64,000 nt of DNA from Eledone cirrhosa (taxonomy: Eukaryota), in contig OZ024740.1 of NCBI GenBank assembly GCA_964016885.1, forward strand, positions 418,376,001-418,440,000, written 5' to 3'. Below are positions 34,698 through 50,600 of the stretch, one piece after another (positions within the stretch are counted from its first letter, which is position 1; each line of letters opens with the position of its first letter). Position numbers and translations under genes: made by a program. The notes under the pieces were generated by a model, which was given only the letters and a program-made list of their open reading frames with translations, had not been told where the DNA came from and ran no database searches.

Positions 34698-35324
34698 AAT
34701 TTATATTTCCTATTCAACAACACTTCAAGCAAACTACAACATTGTTACTTAATAATAATTTTTCCATGGGAATAATTTAAATACTTGCCAGCACCTCCTG
34801 TTTTATTGGAGAAAAACAATTACACCACAAAACAACTAATACAACAATTTTGACAGTGCTGAAAACAAACATATGTGTTATAAACCATACATATTTTACA
34901 ATGTCTTGCTTGAAGAAATTTCTTAAATATTGAAGTTAAAAAAATGTTCCCCTTTAATATCTAGAAACAGATACACTTACAGAATAAAGTTGAAAACATA
35001 AAATATATATAGATATATATATAAGAGACATGTGTGGCATTATTTAACATTTTAGACAAAACCTTGAAAAGTTAAGTGAAATATGTCTGTCTCTGAGTGT
35101 ATGTCAGTCTGTCTGCCTGTGTGTATGTAACACCACTTCACCTCAATATGGCAAAGCAGATATGAAAAGTCTGTAATTCAATGACCTAAATATATATTTA
35201 TATTTTATGCGATTTTATTTTTAAATAGTTATATGCAAAAACAAACAATATAGTAATAAAAAGAAATTTACAGAATTTTTACATTTGCAACAAATTATTA
35301 CCTTCATTAGCATGAATAGTTTGA

Positions 35325-35570
35325 AATGTATTGTATTGCTGTTTGTAATACTAACTAACCATTTCATTAAGACAAATAGTTTGACATTTATTGTCTAGCT
35401 GTCTGTAATACTAACTAACCATTATAACTATGAATTTATTGCATAGCTGTCTGTAATGCTAATTAACCATTACAACTATGCATTTTTTGTATAGCTGTCT
35501 GTAATACGAACCATTATAACTATGAATTTTTTGTATAACTCTGTAATACTAACCATTATAATTATGAATT
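35325..35570. repeat. Degenerate 44-48-bp minisatellite, 4-5 copies
   Basis: TAGCTGTCTGTAATACTAACTAACCATTATAACTATGAATTTATTGCA and variants in tandem. Confidence 0.8.
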
Positions 35571-35680
35571 TAAAGTAAATAACAATAGTTATTTTACTGT
35601 GTTTAATTAATTAGGCTTCACTGAATGAATTAAATAAAGAAAAATGGAAAACTTAAAGACAACACAATATTTGTAGTATG

Positions 35681-38600
35681 ATTTGGTACCATAAGTTATA
35701 TCTAAACCATACGGCATTATTGCACTACACTGCACATTTAGTGTCATAAGCTCTCTAAACCATACAGCAATATTGCACTACACTGCACATTTGGTACCAT
35801 AAGTTATAAACTAAATCAAACAGCAATACTGCAGTTCTTCATATTTAGTGTCATAAGCTCTCTAAACCATACAGCAACATTGCACCACACTGCACATTTG
35901 ATACCATAAGTTATAATCTCTAAACCGTACAGCAATATTGCACTACACTGCACATTTGTTATCATGTTATATCTAAACCAAACAGCAATACTGCACTTTT
36001 GGTTTTATAAGTTATGTCTAAATAATACAGCAATACTGCACATTTGATGTAATAAGTTTTAATCTCTAAACCATACAACAATATTGCACTACACTGCAGA
36101 TTTGGTTCCATAAGTTATGTCTAGACCATACAGCAATATTGCACTACACTGCATATTTGGTTCCATAAGTTATGTCTAGACCATACAGCAATATTGCACT
36201 AAACTGCATATTTGGTTCCATAAGTTATGTCTAGACAATACAGCAATATTGCATTACACTGCATATTTGGTTCCATAAGTTATATCTAAACCATACAGCA
36301 ATATTGCACTACACTGCAGGTTTGGTTCCATAAGTTATGTCTAGACCATACAACAATATTGCACTAAACTGCATATTTGGTTCCATAAGTTATGTCTAGA
36401 CCATACAGCAATATTGCACTACACTGCATATTTGGTTCCATAAGTTATGTCTAAACCATACAGCAATATTGCACTACACTGCAGATTTGGTTCCATAAGT
36501 TATGTCTAAACCATACAGCAATATTGCACTACACTGCAGATTTGGTTCCATAAGTTATGTCTAGACCATAAAGCAATATTGCACTACACTGCATATTAGG
36601 TTCCATAAGTTATGTCTAGACCATACATCAACATTGCACTGCACTGCATATTTGGTTCCATAAGTTATGTCTAGACCATACAGCAATATTGCACTGCACT
36701 GCATATTTGGTTCCATAAGTTATGTCTAAACCATACAGCAATATTGCACTACACTGCAGATTTGGTTCCATAAGTTATGTCTAGACCATACAGCAATATT
36801 GCACTACACTGCAGATTTGGTTCCATAAGTTATGTCTAAACCATACAACAATATTGCACTTCACTGCATATTTGGTTCCATAAGTTATGTCTAGACCATA
36901 CAGCAATATTGCACTACATTGCAAATTCAGTTCCATAAGATATGTCTAGACCATACAGCAATATTGCACTACACTGCATATTTGGTTCCATAAGTTATGT
37001 CTAGACCATACAGCAATATTGCACTACATTGCAAATTCAGTTCCATAAGTTATGTCTAGACCATACAGCAATATTGCACTACACTGCATATTTGGTTCCA
37101 TAAGTTATGTCTAGACCATACAACAATATTGCACTACACTGCATATTTGGTTCCATAAGTTATGTCTAGACCATACAACAATATTGCACTACACTGCAGA
37201 TTTGGTTCCATAAGTTATGTCTAGACCATACAGCAATATTGCACTACACTGCATATTTGGTTCCATAAGTTATGTCTAGACCATAGAGCAATATTGCATT
37301 ACACTGCAGATTTGGTTCCATAGGTTATGTCTAGACCATACATCAATATTGCACTGCACTGCATATTTGGTTCCATAAGTTATGTCTAGACCATACAACA
37401 ATATTGCACTACACTGCATATTTGGTTCCATAAGCTATGTCTAGACCATACAGCAATATTGCACTACACTGCATATTTGGATCCATAAGTTATGTCTAAA
37501 CCATACAGCAATATTACATTACACTGCATATTTGGTTCCATAAGTTATGTCTAAACCATACAGCAATATTGCATTACACTGCATATTTGGTTCCATAAGT
37601 TATGTCTAAACCATACAGCAATATTGCATTACACTGCATATTTGGTTCCATAAGTTATGTCTAAACCATACAGCAATATTGCATTACACTGCATATTTGG
37701 TTCCATAAGTTATGTCTATACCATACAGCAATATTGCATTACACTGCATATTTGGTTCCATAAGTTATGTCTAAACCATACAGCAATATTGCATTACACT
37801 GCATATTTGGTTCCATAAATTATGTCTAGACCATACAGCAATATTGCACTACACTGCATATTTGGTTCCATAAGTTATGTCTAGACCATACAGCAATATT
37901 GAACTACACTGCATATTTGGTTCCATAAGTTATGTCTAGACCATACAGCAATATTGCACTGCACTGCATATTTGGTTCCATAAGTTATGTCTAGACCATA
38001 CAGCAATATTGCATTACACTGCATATTTGGTTCCATAAGTTATGTCTAGACCATACAACAATATTGCACTACACTGCATATTTGGTTCCATAAGTTATGT
38101 CTAGACCATACAGCAATATTGCACTACACTGCATATTTGGTTCCATAAGTTATGTCTAGACCATACAACAATATTGCACTAAAATGCAGATTTGGTTCCA
38201 TAAGTTATGTATAGACCATACAGCAATATTGCACTACACTGCATATTTGGTTCCATAAGTTATGTCTAGACCATAGAGCAATATTGCATTACACTGCAGA
38301 TTTGGTTCCATAGGTTATGTCTAGACCATACAGCAATATTGCACTGCACTGCATATTTGGTTCCATAAGTTATGTCTAAACCATACAACAATATTGCACT
38401 GCACTGCATATTTGGTTCCATAAGTTATGTCTAGACCATACAGCAATATTGCACTGCACTGCATATTTGGTTCCATAAGTTATATCTAGACCATACATCA
38501 ATATTGCACTACACTGCATATTTGGTTCCATAAGCTATGTCTAGACCATACAGCAATATTGCACTACACTGCATATTTGGATCCATAAGTTATGTCTAAA

Positions 38601-41600
38601 CCATACAGCAATATTGCATTACACTGCATATTTGGTTCCATAAGTTATGTCTAAACCATACAGCAATATTGCATTACACTGCATATTTGGTTCCATAAGT
38701 TATGTCTAAACCATACAGCAATATTGCATTACACTGCATATTTGGTTCCATAAGTTATGTCTAAACCATACAGCAATATTGCATTACACTGCATATTTGG
38801 TTCCATAAGTTATGTCTAAACTATACAGCAATATTGCATTACACTGCATATTTGGTTCCATAAGTTATGTCTAAACCATACAGCAATATTGCATTACACT
38901 GCATATTTGGTTCCATAAGTTATGTCTAGACCATACAGCAATATTGCACTACACTGCATATTTGGTTCCATAAGTTATGTCTAAACCATACAACAATATT
39001 GCATTACACAGCATATTTGGTTCCATAAGTTATGTCTAAACCATACAGCAATATTGCACTACACTGCATATTTGGTTCCATAAGTTATGTCTAGACCATA
39101 CAGCAATATTGCATTACACTGCATATTTGGTTCCATAAGTTATGTCTAGACCATACAGCAATATTGCACTACACTGCATATTTGGTTCCATAAGTTATGT
39201 CTAGACCATACAGCAATATTGCACTACACTGCATATTTGGTTCCATAATTTATGTCTAAACCATACAGCAATATTTCATTACACTGCATATTTGGTTCCA
39301 TAAGTTATGTCTAGACCATACACCAATATGGCACTACACTGCAGATTTGGTTCCATAAGTTATGTATAGACCATACAGCAATATTGCACTACACTGCAGA
39401 TTTGGTTCCATAAGTTATGACTAGACCATACAGCAATATTGCACTACACTGCATATTTGGTTCCATAAGTTATGTCTAGACCATACAGCAATATTGCACT
39501 ACACTGCATATTTGGTTCCATAAGTTATGTCTAAACCATACAGCAAGATTGCATTACACTGCATATTTGGTTCCATAAGTTATGTCTAAACCATACAGCA
39601 ATATTGCATTACACTGCATATTTGGTTCCATAAGTTATGTCTAAACCATACAGCAATATTGCATTACACTGCATATTTGGTTCCATAAGTTATGTCTAAA
39701 CCATACAGCAATATTGCATTACACTGCATATTTGGTTCCATAAGTTATGTCTAAACCATACAGCAATATTGCACTACACTGCATATTTGGTTCCATAAGT
39801 TATGTCTAGATCATACAGCAATATTGCATTACACTGCATATTTGGTTCCATAAATTATATCTAGACCATACAGCAATATTGCACTACACTGAATTTGGTT
39901 CCATAAGTTATGTCTAGACCATACAGCAATATTGAACTACACTGCATATTTGGTTCCATAAGTTATGTCTAGACCATACAGCAATATTGCACTGCACTGC
40001 ATATTTGGTTCCATAAGTTATGTCTAGACCATACAGCAATATTGCATTACACTGCATATTTGGTTCCATAAGTTATGTCTAAACCATACAGCAATATTGC
40101 ACTACACTGCATATTTGGTTCCATAAGTTATGTCTAAACCATACAGCAATATTGCACTACACTGCAGAGTTGGTTCCCTAAGTTATGTCTAAACCATACA
40201 GCAATATTGCACTACACTGCAGATTTGGTTCCCTAAGTTATGTCTAGACCATACAACAATATTGCACTGCACTGCATATTTGGTTCCCTAAGTTATGTCT
40301 AAACCATACAGCAATATTGCACTGCACTGCATATTTGGTTCCATAAGTTATGTCTAAACCATACAGCAATATTGCATTACACTACATATTTGGTTCCATA
40401 AGTTATGTCTAAACCATACAGCATTATTGCACTACACTGCATATTTGGTTCCATAAGTTATGTCTAAACCATACAGCAATATTGCACTGCACTGCATATT
40501 TGGTTCCCTAAGTTATGTCTAAACAATACAGCAATATTGCATTACACTGCATACTTGGTTCCATAAGTTATGTCTAAACTATACAGCAATATTGCACTAC
40601 ACTGCATATTTGGTTCCATAAGTTATGTCTAAACCATACAGCAATATTGCACTACACTGCATATTTGGTTCTATAAGTTATGTCTAAACTATACAGCAAT
40701 ATTGCATTACACTGCATCTTTGGTTCCATAAGTTATGTCTAAACCATACAGCAATATTTCATTACACTGCATATTTGGTTCCATAAGTTATGTCTAGACC
40801 ATACACCAATATTGCACTACACTGCAGATTTGGTTCCATAAGTTATGTCTAGACCATACAGCAATATTGCACTACACTGCAGATTTGGTTCCATAAGTTA
40901 TGACTAAACCATACAGCAATATTGCACTACACTGCATATTTGGTTCCATAAGTTATGTCTAGACCATACAGCAATATTGCACTACACTGCATATTTAGTT
41001 CCATCAGTTATGTCTAAACCATACAGCAATATTGCACTACACTGCATATTTGGTTCCATAAGTTATGTCTAGACCATACAGCAATATTGCATTACACTGC
41101 ATATTTGGTTCCATAAGTTATGTCTAGACCATACAGCAATATTGCACTACACTGCATATTTGGTTCCATAAGTTATGTCTAGACCATACAGCAATATTGC
41201 ACTACACTGCATATTTGGTTCCATAAGTTATGTCTAAACCATACAGCAATATTTCATTACACTGCATATTTGATTCCATAAGTTATGTTTAGACCATACA
41301 CCAATATTGCACTATACTGCATATTTGGTTCCATAAGTTATGTCTAGACCATACAGCAATATTGCATTACACTGCATATTTGGTTCCATAAGTTATGTCT
41401 AGACCATACAGCAATATTGCACTGCACTGCATATTTGGTTCCATAAGTTATGTCTAGACCATACAACAATATTGCACTACACTGCATATTTGGTTCCATA
41501 AGCTATGTCTAGACCATACAGCAATATTGCACTACACTGCATATTTGGATCCATAAGTTATGTCTAAACCATACAGCAATATTGCATTACACTGCATATT

Positions 41601-44600
41601 TGGTTCCATAAGTTATGTCTAAACCATACAGCAATATTGCATTACACTGCATATTTGGTTCCATAAGTTATGTCTAAACCATACAGCAATATTGCATTAC
41701 ACTGCATATTTGGTTCCATAAGTTATGTCTAAACCATACAGCAATATTGCACTACACTGCATATTTGGTTCCATAAGTTATGTCTAGATCATACAGCAAT
41801 ATTGCATTACACTGCATATTTGGTTCCATAAATTATGTCTTGACCATACAGCAATATTGCACTACACTGAATTTGGTTCCATAAGTTATGTCTAGACCAT
41901 ACAGCAATATTGAACTACACTGCATATTTGGTTCCATAAGTTATGTCTAGACCATACAGCAATATTGCACTGCACTGCATATTTGGTTCCATAAGTTATG
42001 TCTAGACCATACAGCAATATTGCATTACACTGCATATTTGGTTCCATAAGTTATGTCTAAACCATACAGCAATATTGCACTACACTGCATATTTGGTTCC
42101 ATAAGTTATGTCTAAACCATACAGCAATATTGCACTACACTGCAGAGTTGGTTCCCTAAGTTATGTCTAAACCATACAGCAATATTGCACTACACTGCAG
42201 ATTTGGTTCCCTAAGTTATGTCTAGACCATACAACAATATTGCACTGCACTGCATATTTGGTTCCCTAAGTTATGTCTAAACCATACAGCAATATTGCAC
42301 TGCACTGCATATTTGGTTCCATAAGTTATGTCTAAACCATACAGCAATATTGCATTACACTACATATTTGGTTCCATAAGTTATGTCTAAACCATACAGC
42401 ATTATTGCACTACACTGCATATTTGGTTCCATAAGTTATGTCTAAACCATACAGCAATATTGCACTGCACTGCATATTTGGTTCCCTAAGTTATGTCTAA
42501 ACCATACAGCAATATTGCATTACACTGCATACTTGGTTCCATAAGTTATGTCTAAACTATACAGCAATATTGCACTACACTGCATATTTGGTTCCATAAG
42601 TTATGTCTAAACCATACAGCAATATTGCACTACACTGCATATTTGGTTCCATAAGTTATGTCTAAACTATACAGCAATATTGCATTACACTGCATCTTTG
42701 GTTCCATAAGTTATGTCTAAACCATACAGCAATATTTCATTACACTGCATATTTGGTTCCATAAGTTATGTCTAGACAATACACCAATATTGCACTACAC
42801 TGCAGATTTGGTTCCATAAGTTATGTCTAGACCATACAGCAATATTGCACTACACTGCAGATTTGGTTCCATAAGTTATGACTAGACCATACAGCAATAT
42901 TGCACTACACTGCATATTTGGTTCCATAAGTTATGTCTAGACCATACAGCAGTATTGCACTACACTGCATATTTAGTTCCATCAGTTATGTCTAAACCAT
43001 ACAGCAATATTGCACTACACTGCATATTTGGTTCCATAAGTTATGTCTAGACCAAACAGCAATATTGCATTACACTGCATATTTGGTTCCATAAGTTATG
43101 TCTAGACCATACAGCAATATTGCACTACACTGCATATTTGGTTCCATAAGTTATGTCTAGACCATACAGCAATATTGCACTACACTGCATATTTGGTTCC
43201 ATAAGTTATGTCTAAACCATACAGCAATATTTCATTACGCTGCATATTTGATTCCATAAGTTATGTCTAGACCATACACCAATATTGCACTACACTGCAG
43301 ATTTGGTTCCATAAGTAATGTCTAGACCATACAGCAATATTGCACTACACTGCAGATTTGGTTCCATAAGTTATGACTAGACCATACAGCAATATTGCAC
43401 TACACTGCATATTTGGTTCCATAAGTTATGTCTAGACCATACAGCAATATTGCACTACACTGCATATTTGGTTCCATAAGTTATGTCTAAACCATACAGC
43501 AATATTGCATTACACTGCATATTTGGTTCCATAAGTTATGTCTAGACCATACAGCAATATTGCACTACACTGCAGATTTGGTTCCATAAGTTATGTCTAA
43601 ACCATACAGCAATATTGCACTACACTGCAGATTTGGTTCCCTAAGTTATGTCTAGACCATACAACAATATTGCACTGCACTGCATATTTGGTTCCCTAAG
43701 TTATGTCTAAACCATACAGCAATATTGCACTGCACTGCATATTTGGTTCCATAAGTTATGTCTAAACCATACAGCAATATTGCATTACACTACATATTTG
43801 GTTCCATAAGTTATGTCTAAACCATACAGCATTATTGCACTACACTGCATATTTGGTTCCATAAGTTATGTCTAAACCATACAGCAATATTGCACTGCAC
43901 TGCATATTTGGTTCCCTAAGTTATGTCTAAACCATACAGCAATATTGCATTACACTGCATACTTGGTTCCATAAGTTATGTCTAAACTATACAGCAATAT
44001 TGCACTACACTGCATATTTGGTTCCATAAGTTATGTCTAAACCATACAGCAATATTGCACTACACTGCATATTTGGTTCCATAAGTTATCTCTAAACTAT
44101 ACAGCAATATTGCATTACACTGCATCTTTGGTTCCATAAGTTATGTCTAAACCATACAGCAATATTTCATTACACTGCATATTTGGTTCCATAAGTTATG
44201 TCTAGACAATACACCAATATTGCACTACACTGCAGATTTGGTTCCATAAGTTATGTCTAGACCATACAGCAATATTGCACTACACTGCAGATTTGGTTCC
44301 ATAAGTTATGACTAGACCATACAGCAATATTGCACTACACTGCATATTTGGTTCCATAAGTTATGTCTAGACCATACAGCAGTATTGCACTACACTGCAT
44401 ATTTAGTTCCATCAGTTATGTCTAAACCATACAGCAATATTGCACTACACTGCATATTTGGTTCCATAAGTTATGTCTAGACCAAACAGCAATATTGCAT
44501 TACACTGCATATTTGGTTCCATAAGTTATGTCTAGACCATACAGCAATATTGCACTACACTGCATATTTGGTTCCATAAGTTATGTCTAGACCATACAGC

Positions 44601-47600
44601 AATATTGCACTACACTGCATATTTGGTTCCATAAGTTATGTCTAAACCATACAGCAATATTTCATTACACTGCATATTTGATTCCATAAGTTATGTCTAA
44701 ACCATACAGCAATATTGCACTACACTGCAGATTTGGTTCCCTAAGTTATGTCTAAACCATACAGCAATATTGCACTGCACTGCATATTTGGTTCCATAAG
44801 TTAAGTCTAAACCATACAGCAATATTGCACTACACTGCAGATTTGGTTCCCTAAGTTATGTCTAAACCATACAGCAATATTGCACTGCACTGCATATTTG
44901 GTTCCATAAGTTAAGTCTAAACCATACAGCAATATTGCACTACACTGCAGATTTGGTTCCCTAAGTTATGTCTAAACCATACAGCAATATTGCACTGCAC
45001 TGCATATTTGGTTCCATAAGTTAAGTCTAAACCATACAGCAATATTGCACTACACTGCAGATTTGGTTCCCTAAGTTATGTCTAAACCATACAGCAATAT
45101 TGCACTACACTGCATATTTGGTTCCCTAAGTTATGTCTAAACCATACAGCAATATTGCACTACACTGCAGATTTGGTTCCCTAAGTTATGTCTAGCCCAT
45201 ACAACAATATTGCACTGCACTGCATATTTGGTTCCCTAAGTTATGTCTAAACCATACAGCAATATTGCACTGCACTGCATATTTGGTTCCATAAGTTATG
45301 TCTAAACCATACAGCAATATTTCATTACACTGCATATTTGGTTCCATAAGTTATGTCTAAACCATACAGCAATATTGCACTACACTGCAGAGTTGGTTCC
45401 CTAAGTTATGTCTAAACCATACAGCAATATTGCACTACACTGCAGATTTGGTTCCCTAAGTTATGTCTAGACCATACAACAATATTGCACTGCACTGCAT
45501 ATTTGGTTCCCTAAGTTATGTCTAAACCATACAGCAATATTGCACTGCACTGCATATTTGGTTCCATAAGTTATGTCTAAACCATACAGCAATATTGCAC
45601 TACATTGCAGATTTGGTTCCATAAGTTATGTCTAGACCATACAACAATATTGCATTACACTGCATATTTGGTTCCATAAGTTATGTCTAAACCATACAGC
45701 AATATTGCACTACACTGCAGATTTGGTTCCATAAGTTATGTCTAGACCATACAACAATATTGCATTACACTGCATATTTGGTTCCATAAGTTATGTCTAA
45801 ACCATACAGCAATATTGCACTACACTGCAGATTTGGTTCCATAAGTTATGTCTAAACCATACAGCAATATTGCACTACACTGCAGATTTGGTTCCATAAG
45901 TTATGACTAGACCATACAGCAATATTGCACTACACTGCATATTTGGTTCCATAAGTTATGTCTAGACCATACAGCAATATTGCACTACACTGCATATTTG
46001 GTTCCATAAGTTATGTCTAAACCATACAGCAATATTGCATTACACTGCATATTTGGTTCCATAAGTTATGTCTAGACCATACAGCAATATTGCACTACAC
46101 TGAAGATTTGGTTCCATAAGTTATGTCTAAACCATACAGCAATATTGCATTACACTGCATATTTGGTTCCATAAGTTATGTCTAGACCATACAGCAATAT
46201 TGCACTACACTGCATATTTGGTTCCATAAGTTATGTCTAGACCATACAGCAATATTGCACTGCACTGCATATTTGGTTCCATAAGTTATGTCTAGACCAT
46301 ACAACAATATTGCACTACACTGCATATTTGGTTCCATAAGCTATGTCTAGACCATACAGCAATATTGCACTACACTGCATATTTGGATCCATAAGTTATG
46401 TCTAAACCATACAGCAATATTGCATTACACTGCATATTTGGTTCCATAAGTTATGTCTAAACCATACAGCAATATTGCATTACACTGCATATTTGGTTCC
46501 ATAAGTTATGTCTAAACCATACAGCAATATTGCATTACACTGCATATTTGGTTCCATAAGTTATGTCTAAACCATACAGCAATATTGCATTACACTGCAT
46601 ATTTGGTTCCATAAGTTATGTCTAAACCATACAGCAATATTGCACTACACTGCATATTTGGTTCCATAAGTTATGTCTAGATCATACAGCAATATTGCAT
46701 TACACTGCATATTTGGTTCCATAAATTATGTCTAGACCATACAGCAATATTGCACTACACTGAATTTGGTTCCATAAGTTATGTCTAGACCATACAGCAA
46801 TATTGAACTACACTGCATATTTGGTTCCATAAGTTATGTCTAGACCATACAGCAATATTGCACTGCACTGCATATTTGGTTCCATAAGTTATGTCTAGAC
46901 CATACAGCAATATTGCATTACACTGCATATTGGGTTCCATAAGTTATGTCTAAACCATACAGCAATATTGCACTACACTGCATATTTGGTTCCATAAGTT
47001 ATGTCTAAACCATACAGCAATATTGCACTACACTGCAGAGTTGGTTCCCTAAGTTATGTCTAAACCATACAGCAATATTGCACTACACTGCAGATTTGGT
47101 TCCCTAAGTTATGTCTAGACCATACAACAATATTGCACTGCACTGCATATTTGGTTCCCTAAGTTATGTCTAAACCATACAGCAATATTGCACTGCACTG
47201 CATATTTGGTTCCATAAGTTATGTCTAAACCATACAGCAATATTGCATTACACTACATATTTGGTTCCATAAGTTATGTCTAAACCATACAGCATTATTG
47301 CACTACACTGCATATTTGGTTCCATAAGTTATGTCTAAACCATACAGCAATATTGCACTGCACTGCATATTTGGTTCCCTAAGTTATGTCTAAACCATAC
47401 AGCAATATTGCATTACACTGCATACTTGGTTCCATAAGTTATGTCTAAACTATACAGCAATATTGCACTACACTGCATATTTGGTTCCATAAGTTATGTC
47501 TAAACCATATAGCAATATTGCACTACACTGCATATTTGGTTCCATAAGTTATGTCTAAACTATACAGCAATATTGCATTACACTGCATCTTTGGTTCCAT

Positions 47601-50600
47601 AAGTTATGTCTAAACCATACAGCAAAATTTCATTACACTGCACATTTGGTTCCATAAGTTATGTCTAGACAATACACCAATATTGCACTACACTGCAGAT
47701 TTGGTTCCATAAGTTATGTCTAGACCATACAGCAATATTGCACTACACTGCAGATTTGGTTCCATAAGTTATGACTAGACCATACAGCAATATTGCACTA
47801 CACTGCATATTTGGTTCCATAAGTTATGTCTAGACCATACAGCAATATTGCACAACACTGCATTTTAGTTCCATCAGTTATGTCTAAACCATACAGCAAT
47901 ATTGCACTACACTGCATATTTGGTTCCATAAGTTATGTCTAGACCATACAGCAATATTGCATTACACTGCATATTTGGTTCCATAAGTTATGTCTAGACC
48001 ATACAGCAATATTGCACTACACTGCATATTTGGTTCCATAAGTTATGTCTAGACCATACAGCAATATTGCACAACACTGCATATTTGGTTCCATAAGTTA
48101 TGTCTAAACCATACAGCAATATTTCATTACACTGCATATTTGATTCCATAAGTTATGTCTAGACCATACACCAATATTGCACTACACTGCAGATTTGGTT
48201 CCATAAGTTATGTCTAGACCATACAGCAATATTGCACTACACTGCAGATTTGGTTCCATAAGTTATGACTAGACCATACAGCAATATTGCACTACACTGC
48301 ATATTTGGTTCCATAAGTTATGTCTAGACCATACAGCAATATTGCACTACACTGCATATTTGGTTCCATAAGTTTTGTCTAAACCATACAGCAATATTGC
48401 ATTACACTGCATATTTGGTTCCATAAGTTATGTCTAGACCATACAGCAATATTGCACTACACTGCAGATTTGGTTCCATAAGATATGTCTAAACCATACA
48501 GCAATATTGCATTACACTGCATATTTGGTTCCATAAGTTATGTCTAGACCATACAGCAATATTGCACTACACTGCATATTTGGTTCCATAAGTTATGTCT
48601 AGACCATACAGCAATATTGCACTGCACTGCATATTTGGTTCCATAAGTTATGTCTAGACCATACAGCAATATTGCACTGCACTGCATATTTGGTTCCATA
48701 AGTTATGTCTAGACCATACAACAATATTGCACTACACTGCATATTTGGTTCCATAATTTATGTCTAAACCATACAGCAATATTGCACTACACTGCAGATT
48801 TGGTTCCCTAAGTTATGTCTAAACCATACAGCAATATTGCACTGCACTGCATATTTGGTTCCATAAGTTAAGTCTAAACCATACAGCAATATTGCACTAC
48901 ACTGCAGATTTGATTCCCTAAGTTATGTCTAAACCATACAGCAATATTGCACTACACTGCATATTTGGTTCCATAAGTTATGTCTAAACCATACAGCAAT
49001 ATTGCACTACACTGCTGAGTTGGTTCCCTAAGTTATGTCTAAACCATACAGCAATATTGCACTACACTGCAGATTTGGTTCCCTAAGTTATGTCTAGACC
49101 ATACAACAATATTGCACTGCACTGCATATTTGGTTCCCTAAGTTATGTCTAAACCATACAGCAATATTGCACTGCACTGCATATTTGGTTCCATAAGTTA
49201 TGTCTAAACCATACAGCAATATTGCATTACACTACATATTTGGTTCCATAAGTTATGTCTAAACCATACAGCATTATTGCACTTCACTGCATATTTGGTT
49301 CCATAAGTTATGTCTAAACCATACAGCAATATTGCATTACACTGCATATTTGGTTCCATAAGTTATGTCTAAACCATACGGCAATATTGCACTACACTGC
49401 AGATTTGGTTCCATAAGTTATGTCTAGACCATACAGCAATATTGCACTACACTGCAGATTTGGTTCCATAAGTTATGTCTAAACCATACGGCAATATTGC
49501 ACTACACTGCATATTTGGTTCCATAAGTTATGTCTAGACCATACAGCAATATTGCACTACACTGCAGATTTGGTTCCATAAGTTATGTCTAAACCATACA
49601 GCAATATTGCACTACACTGCATATTTGGTTCCATAAGTTATGTCTAGACCATACAGCAATATTGCACTACACTGCATATTTGGTTCCATAAGTTATGTCT
49701 AAACCATACAGCAATATTGCACTGCACTGCATATTTGGTTCCATAAGTTATGTCTAAACCATACAGCATTATTGCATTACACTGCATACTTGGTTCCATA
49801 AGTTATGTCTAAACTATACAGCAATATTGCACTACACTGCATATTTGGTTCCATAAGTTATGTCTAAACCATACAGCAATATTGCACTACACTGCATATT
49901 TGGTTCCATAAGTTATGTCTAAACTATACAGCAATATTCCACTACACTGCATATTTGGTTCCATAAGTTATGTCTAGACCATACTGCAATATTGCACTGC
50001 ACTGCATATTTGGTACCATAAGTTATGTCTAAACCATACAGCAATATTGCACTACACTGCATATTTGGTTCCATAAGTTATGTCTAGACCATACAGCAAT
50101 ATTGCATTACACTGCATATTTGGTTCCATAAGTTATGTCTAGACCATGCAGCAATATTGCACTACACTGCATATTTGGTTCCATAAGTTATGTCTCGACC
50201 ATACAGGAATATTGCACTACACTGCAGATTTGGTTCCATAAGTTATGTCTAAACCATACAGCAATATTGCACTACACTGCAGATTTGGTTCCATAAGTTA
50301 TGTCTAAACCATACAGCAATATTGCACTGCACCGCATATTTGGTTCCATAAGTTATGTCTAGACCATACAGCAATATTGCACTGCACTGCATATTTGGTT
50401 CCATAAGTTATGTCTAAACCATACAGTAATATTGCACTACACATCATATTTGGTTCCATAAGTTATGTCTAAACCATACAGTAATATTGCACTACACTGC
50501 ATATTTAGTTCCATAAGTTATGTCTAAACCATACAGCAATATTGCACTACACTGCATATTTGGTTCCATAAGTTATGTCTAGACCATACAGCAATATTGC

